A program made the translations under genes and the position numbers. Positions 15,412-18,938 of a stretch of 18,938 bases of DNA are shown piece by piece. Source of the stretch: an uncultured archaeon (lineage in GTDB: Archaea; Aenigmatarchaeota; Aenigmatarchaeia; CG10238-14; SCSR01); assembly GCA_964451045.1 (NCBI GenBank), contig CAYVFQ010000006.1:1-18938 (forward strand). The letters run 5' to 3'. Below the pieces are notes generated by a model that was given only the letters and a program-made list of their open reading frames with translations, was not told the DNA's origin and ran no database searches. How positions within the stretch are numbered: the stretch's first letter is position 1; every line of letters begins with the position of its first letter.

Positions 15412-15819
15412 ATGAAAATGTTCAGTCAACTCTCCATAAACAGTCTCAGAAAAATCTGCAGGATAGAAAGAGTTTTGGCATCTGGAAAAAAGAGTGAAAT
15501 AGTAGAAAGGCTCGCTGCAAATCTCTCATTGAAAAAGACCAGAATTTATTCAAAGAACCTCGGACTAAGAGAAGGGATGTCTGTATTCAGGCACAAACTT
15601 GTACCTAAGCATAGAATCATAAGTGATAAAGAAAAACAGAATCTTCTCGAAAGATATTCTATCAAACTCCGACAACTGCCAAGGTTGCGAGTCAGGGACC
15701 CTGCCGCCATGGAGATTGGAGCGAAAGTGGGAGATGTTGTGGAGATTACAAGAGAAAGCCTCACAGCTGGGGAAACAAAATACTACAGAGTTGTTGTGAA
15801 GAGCCCCATAAAAAGATGA
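15412..15819 (+). CDS. rpoH: DNA-directed RNA polymerase subunit H (Rpo5) with an in-frame N-terminal SAP-like extension of about 55 aa. The conserved RpoH core corresponds to 15577-15819.
   Basis: C-terminal 80 aa (MSVFRHKLVPKHRIISDKEKQNLLERYSIKLRQLPRLRVRDPAAMEIGAKVGDVVEITRESLTAGETKYYRVVV) align along their length with archaeal RpoH. The upstream in-frame segment has no stop codon for 60 codons and encodes LSINSLRKICRIERVLASGKKSEIVERL. Confidence 0.7.
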   Translation: MKMFSQLSINSLRKICRIERVLASGKKSEIVERLAANLSLKKTRIYSKNLGLREGMSVFRHKLVPKHRIISDKEKQNLLERYSIKLRQLPRLRVRDPAAMEIGAKVGDVVEITRESLTAGETKYYRVVVKSPIKR

Positions 15820-15834
15820 AGATAGGGCGGTAGT

Positions 15835-15954
15835 ATGAGGATTAGATGTTTTTGTTCGAAACACGGAAAGCTGGACCTATCCGACATAATGGTAAGAGAT
15901 AATGTGCCGTATTGCACGAAATGCAGAAATATGCTTGAATTTATTGACATATAG
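15835..15954 (+). CDS. 39-aa zinc-ribbon micro-ORF (MRIRCFCSKHGKLDLSDIMVRDNVPYCTKCRNMLEFIDI)
   Basis: CxC-x19-CxxC. Lies directly downstream of rpoH. Loose similarity to RpoP/Rpo12-type ribbons (PYC..C..L). Speculative. Confidence 0.3.
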   Translation: MRIRCFCSKHGKLDLSDIMVRDNVPYCTKCRNMLEFIDI

Positions 15955-15980
15955 TTAGAATCGGCAAACAGCGACTTCAT

Positions 15981-16760
15981 CTATTTTCTTCTGCCAAAAA
16001 TGATGGAAGACGCCACAGCCATCAATGCCGAGAACAAGAAAACAAAGCCGAAGCTTATAGATGTATTCATCGAAGCTGTGCCCATCATTATGAATCTTAG
16101 CACTTCCACAGCGTAACTCATCGGGTTTACGTACATAATCCACGACACGCTGCCCGGAAGGTTGCTTATCGGGAACAGTGCTCCGCTCAGCATGAACATC
16201 GGCATGACAAGGAAGTTCATGATCACACTGAACCCTTCCATAGTGTCCATCATGGAGGCTATGGCTACGCCAAGGGAAACGAAGCCAATCGAAATCACTA
16301 CGGTCATCGCTAGCACCCAGATAACAGAGTGAGGTGCTATCTGGACTCCGAGCAGAGAGGCTACTATGAGAATAACTATCGATTGTACTACTGAAGCTGT
16401 TGCACCTCCGAGCGCCTTGCCCACGACTATGGACACCCTTGATATCGGCGCGACCAGCATCTCCTTCAGGAAGCCGAATTCCCTGTCCCATATGACAGAT
16501 ACTCCTGAGAACAGCGACGTGAAGAGTATGCTCATCCCTATTATGCCGGGAGTTATGAAAGGCAGGTAATCTATGTCCATGCCGGAGAACCTCATCGACC
16601 CACCTATCCCGAGTCCCATTATCAGTAGCCACATCAGCGGCCTGATCATGGAGCTCAGCAGCCTGGCCCTGTCCCTGTAGAATCTCTTGAATTCCCTGAG
16701 CCATACAGTGTATATGCCCATTGCTTCGTGCTGCATAACATCATATTTTGACATTGTCAT
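15981..16760 (-). CDS. ABC-2 family transporter permease
   Basis: 259 aa, six TM segments. N-terminal YTVWLREFKRFYRD is typical of ABC-2 exporter permeases. Immediately downstream of the ATPase gene. Confidence 0.85.
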   Translation of the reverse strand: MTMSKYDVMQHEAMGIYTVWLREFKRFYRDRARLLSSMIRPLMWLLIMGLGIGGSMRFSGMDIDYLPFITPGIIGMSILFTSLFSGVSVIWDREFGFLKEMLVAPISRVSIVVGKALGGATASVVQSIVILIVASLLGVQIAPHSVIWVLAMTVVISIGFVSLGVAIASMMDTMEGFSVIMNFLVMPMFMLSGALFPISNLPGSVSWIMYVNPMSYAVEVLRFIMMGTASMNTSISFGFVFLFSALMAVASSIIFGRRK

Positions 16761-16761
16761 T

Positions 16762-17772
16762 TCACCTTACTCTGCCTCTCAGCTTCATGTGGCGCCTCAT
16801 CCTCTCCTTTCCATCTGCATTCTCTTCCCTGATTTCCCTGCCTGTCAGACTCAGGAAAACGTCGTTCAGCGTCGGCTTCCTCATACCGAGCTCGGTGAAC
16901 TTTATTTCCGCTTTCTTCGCCTTCTCGTAGACAAACTTCATTTCCCTCTCCGCGCTTTTCACGGGTATGAATATGTTCCCATCCAGCTCGCTTGCGTTCG
17001 GGAACGCCTTCGCTATCTTCTCCTTTGTCTTCGAATTCCCGTTCTTCGGGACTTTCAGCGTGATCGTCTCCTTGCCTATGCTCGCCTTCAGGTTTTCCGG
17101 AGTGTTGATAACTATTTTCTTCCCGTGGTCTATTATCGCGATCCTGCCGCAGAGCGCGTCCGCTTCCTCCATGTAGTGTGTCGTCATCACAATGGTTATA
17201 CTTTTCTTCTTGGCCAACTTCTTGATGTAATTCCATACGTGTTCCCTTGTCTGCGGGTCAAGCCCCAGCGTGGGTTCGTCGAGGAAAAGGATCTTTGGAT
17301 GGTGCACCAAGCCCCTTGCTATTTCCAAGCGCCTACGCATTCCGCCGGAATAAGTCCTGACAAAATCGTCAGCCTTATTGCTCAGCTCAACTATATCCAG
17401 CACTTCCTTTATGCGAGACTTTCTCGTCTTTTTATCTATGTTGTAGAGCATCGCGTGCATCTCCAGGTTCTCCCACCCGGTTAGCCTGTCGTCGAGGCTC
17501 GGGTCTTGGAACACTATTCCTATGCTCTTCCTTACAGCGGAAGGATCTTTTACAACATCGTATCCGTTTATGCTGGCAGAGCCGGAAGTAGGAGTCAGTA
17601 TTGTGCAGAGCATTGATATCAGTGTTGTCTTGCCCGCGCCGTTCGGTCCGAGCAGGCCGAATATCTCGCCCTTTCTTATGGACAGGTCGACATTGTTGAC
17701 CGCCGTGAAGTCCCCGAATTTCTTAGTGATACCTTTTGACTTTATTATCGGAGTCTCTCTTGTTTTTGGCAT
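16762..17772 (-). CDS. ABC transporter ATP-binding protein (DrrA-like, ABC-2 exporter)
   Basis: 336 aa. Walker A GLLGPNGAGKTT, signature YSGGMRRRLEIA, Walker B ILFLDEPT. Confidence 0.9.
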   Translation of the reverse strand: MPKTRETPIIKSKGITKKFGDFTAVNNVDLSIRKGEIFGLLGPNGAGKTTLISMLCTILTPTSGSASINGYDVVKDPSAVRKSIGIVFQDPSLDDRLTGWENLEMHAMLYNIDKKTRKSRIKEVLDIVELSNKADDFVRTYSGGMRRRLEIARGLVHHPKILFLDEPTLGLDPQTREHVWNYIKKLAKKKSITIVMTTHYMEEADALCGRIAIIDHGKKIVINTPENLKASIGKETITLKVPKNGNSKTKEKIAKAFPNASELDGNIFIPVKSAEREMKFVYEKAKKAEIKFTELGMRKPTLNDVFLSLTGREIREENADGKERMRRHMKLRGRVR

Positions 17773-17930
17773 TTCTTACCACCGATAGATATAGTCATTG
17801 CGCTGGTAATTAATAAATATATTTCATGTAGCTTGCCTCGGGTCCTCGATCAAATTCATAAAGCACTAGGTTGTTTTTCTGGTCCTTTTGGCTGAAATTG
17901 ATTTAAATATTCAATAGGATAATTCGAATC

Positions 17931-18512
17931 ATGGATGACGAAGAGAAACACAACATAATCAATGTAGGTGTGAATGGGAACGAGAAAAAAGATGTCCCTA
18001 AAATGAAGGAACCTTATTCTTTGATAAACAAGCTGACACTGGGTATCATACGAAAGGGTGATGAAAAATCACTGGAATACACCCTAACGGATACTTTAGG
18101 AAAATTCAATAAGAAGACGTATGATTTTGGTGAAAGGACTGTAATATGGATGCCAGGAAGTCGCTGGATAAGGATGGGGACCCATCTTGTGGAGACGAGA
18201 TTCAAGTTGCTTTATTACATATTAGCTCCTCTCATAGATACTCACTATTATAAGAAAATCGCTGAAAACAAGGCAGGAGACCTTATGGGATATGAGAAAT
18301 GCGCGATCACTGGAGACACTGCATGGAGGAACGAGATGACTGATGTAGAATACGGCCCAGGGTCCACTGTCAAAGTATCTTCTGAACTCATCGGCAGTCT
18401 GCCCGAACCTCCTCGAACAGTTTTTATCGAGAGCTTTTATAAAAACACCAAAAGACTAGATGGATGGCATTATTCCTTTGAGGAACTCGCTAGAAGATTG
18501 AACGAATTGTGA
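17931..18512 (+). CDS. Hypothetical protein (193 aa)
   Basis: Long ORF of moderately low G+C with no recognisable motif. Confidence 0.5.
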   Translation: MDDEEKHNIINVGVNGNEKKDVPKMKEPYSLINKLTLGIIRKGDEKSLEYTLTDTLGKFNKKTYDFGERTVIWMPGSRWIRMGTHLVETRFKLLYYILAPLIDTHYYKKIAENKAGDLMGYEKCAITGDTAWRNEMTDVEYGPGSTVKVSSELIGSLPEPPRTVFIESFYKNTKRLDGWHYSFEELARRLNEL

Positions 18513-18685
18513 AGTAACGGATAGTTTAAGAATAATTATAATTTGTGGCCTTGCCCGAGCTCTCTCATAAACTCGCAAGGCACTAGATCGGTTTTCCTAA
18601 TTGATTCGGCCAATTGATGATCAGTTTCAAATATACGAAAATGGTTTAACAAAGTTTTTATCCAACTCCACACATAATTATTAGT

Positions 18686-18938
18686 ATGCGTTATCTGTTT
18701 GTTCTTGTTTTCATGGCATGTATGATAATGATGCCGCAGCTTGCCTATGCCCAGCCATATTCCACAGTCGAAAGGATTACAGACAGCGTCAAGCTGTTCA
18801 TATCAACGGGTGACAGCAAAGTCGAAGTCGCTCTTGACATCAGGGAGAAGGAAGTGGTTTCTGCTATTGAGTTTGCGAAAGAGGGTAAGGATACGTCTCA
18901 TAACCTTGAGAGATCCGAGAAGATGCTGAGTATCGTTC
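18686..18938 (+). CDS. Secreted or membrane-anchored protein, 5' part only (the ORF runs off the window end)
   Basis: MRYLFVLVFMACMIMMPQLAYA|QPYS has a signal peptide with an AYA cleavage motif. The reading frame stays open to position 18938. The track ORF 18741-18929 is in a different, Arg-rich junk frame. Confidence 0.4.
   Translation, partial: MRYLFVLVFMACMIMMPQLAYAQPYSTVERITDSVKLFISTGDSKVEVALDIREKEVVSAIEFAKEGKDTSHNLERSEKMLSIV

Noticed and set aside
15955-16704. 249-aa minus-strand ORF
   Set aside because: Alternative frame of the ABC-2 permease gene. His- and Arg-rich junk translation.
16687-17484. 265-aa plus-strand ORF and the 16757-17236 minus ORF
   Set aside because: Antisense or alternative frames of the ABC ATPase gene.
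18615-18624. UGAUGAUCAG C-box-like string
   Set aside because: No matching D box or terminal stem nearby.
18741-18929. 62-aa plus ORF
   Set aside because: Arg-rich out-of-frame shadow. The signal-peptide frame starting at 18686 is preferred.
1-18938. CRISPR arrays, rRNA, IS elements or transposases
   Set aside because: No regularly spaced direct repeats and no transposase- or integrase-like ORFs found on either strand.

Overview
This window is an archaeal chromosomal segment of about 45-50% G+C with markedly AT-rich patches. The archaeal assignment rests on an archaeal-type UMP kinase, RpoH, Ogg2-type glycosylase, DUF378, TATA-like promoters, GGTGA-type ribosome-binding sites, oligo-T terminators and an intron-containing tRNA. 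Three parts can be told apart. (1) At 1323-4097 a tightly packed same-strand oxidative-stress cluster runs ferritin-like half-domain protein, 15-codon Cys-rich micro-ORF, rubrerythrin, NADPH-FMN reductase, 42-codon membrane micro-ORF, Fe/Mn superoxide dismutase, HExxH protein. Housekeeping genes follow it: DUF378, ogg, thiI, DUF3795, tRNA-Leu, agmatinase, SPFH/stomatin. (2) A tRNA hotspot holds tRNA-Ile, an intron-containing tRNA-Glu and tRNA-Ala. A roughly 2.9 kb insertion lies at the 3' end of tRNA-Glu, bounded by a 13-bp direct repeat of that tRNA end. It carries three minus-strand genes of unknown function, two of them at only about 27-30% G+C. This is the best candidate for an undescribed accessory or defence module. 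(3) At 14.5-16 kb a cluster of four small zinc-ribbon micro-proteins surrounds an rpoH gene whose reading frame carries an in-frame N-terminal SAP-like extension. An ABC-2 exporter pair and two hypothetical proteins follow. No CRISPR array, rRNA, transposase or recognisable integrase is present.
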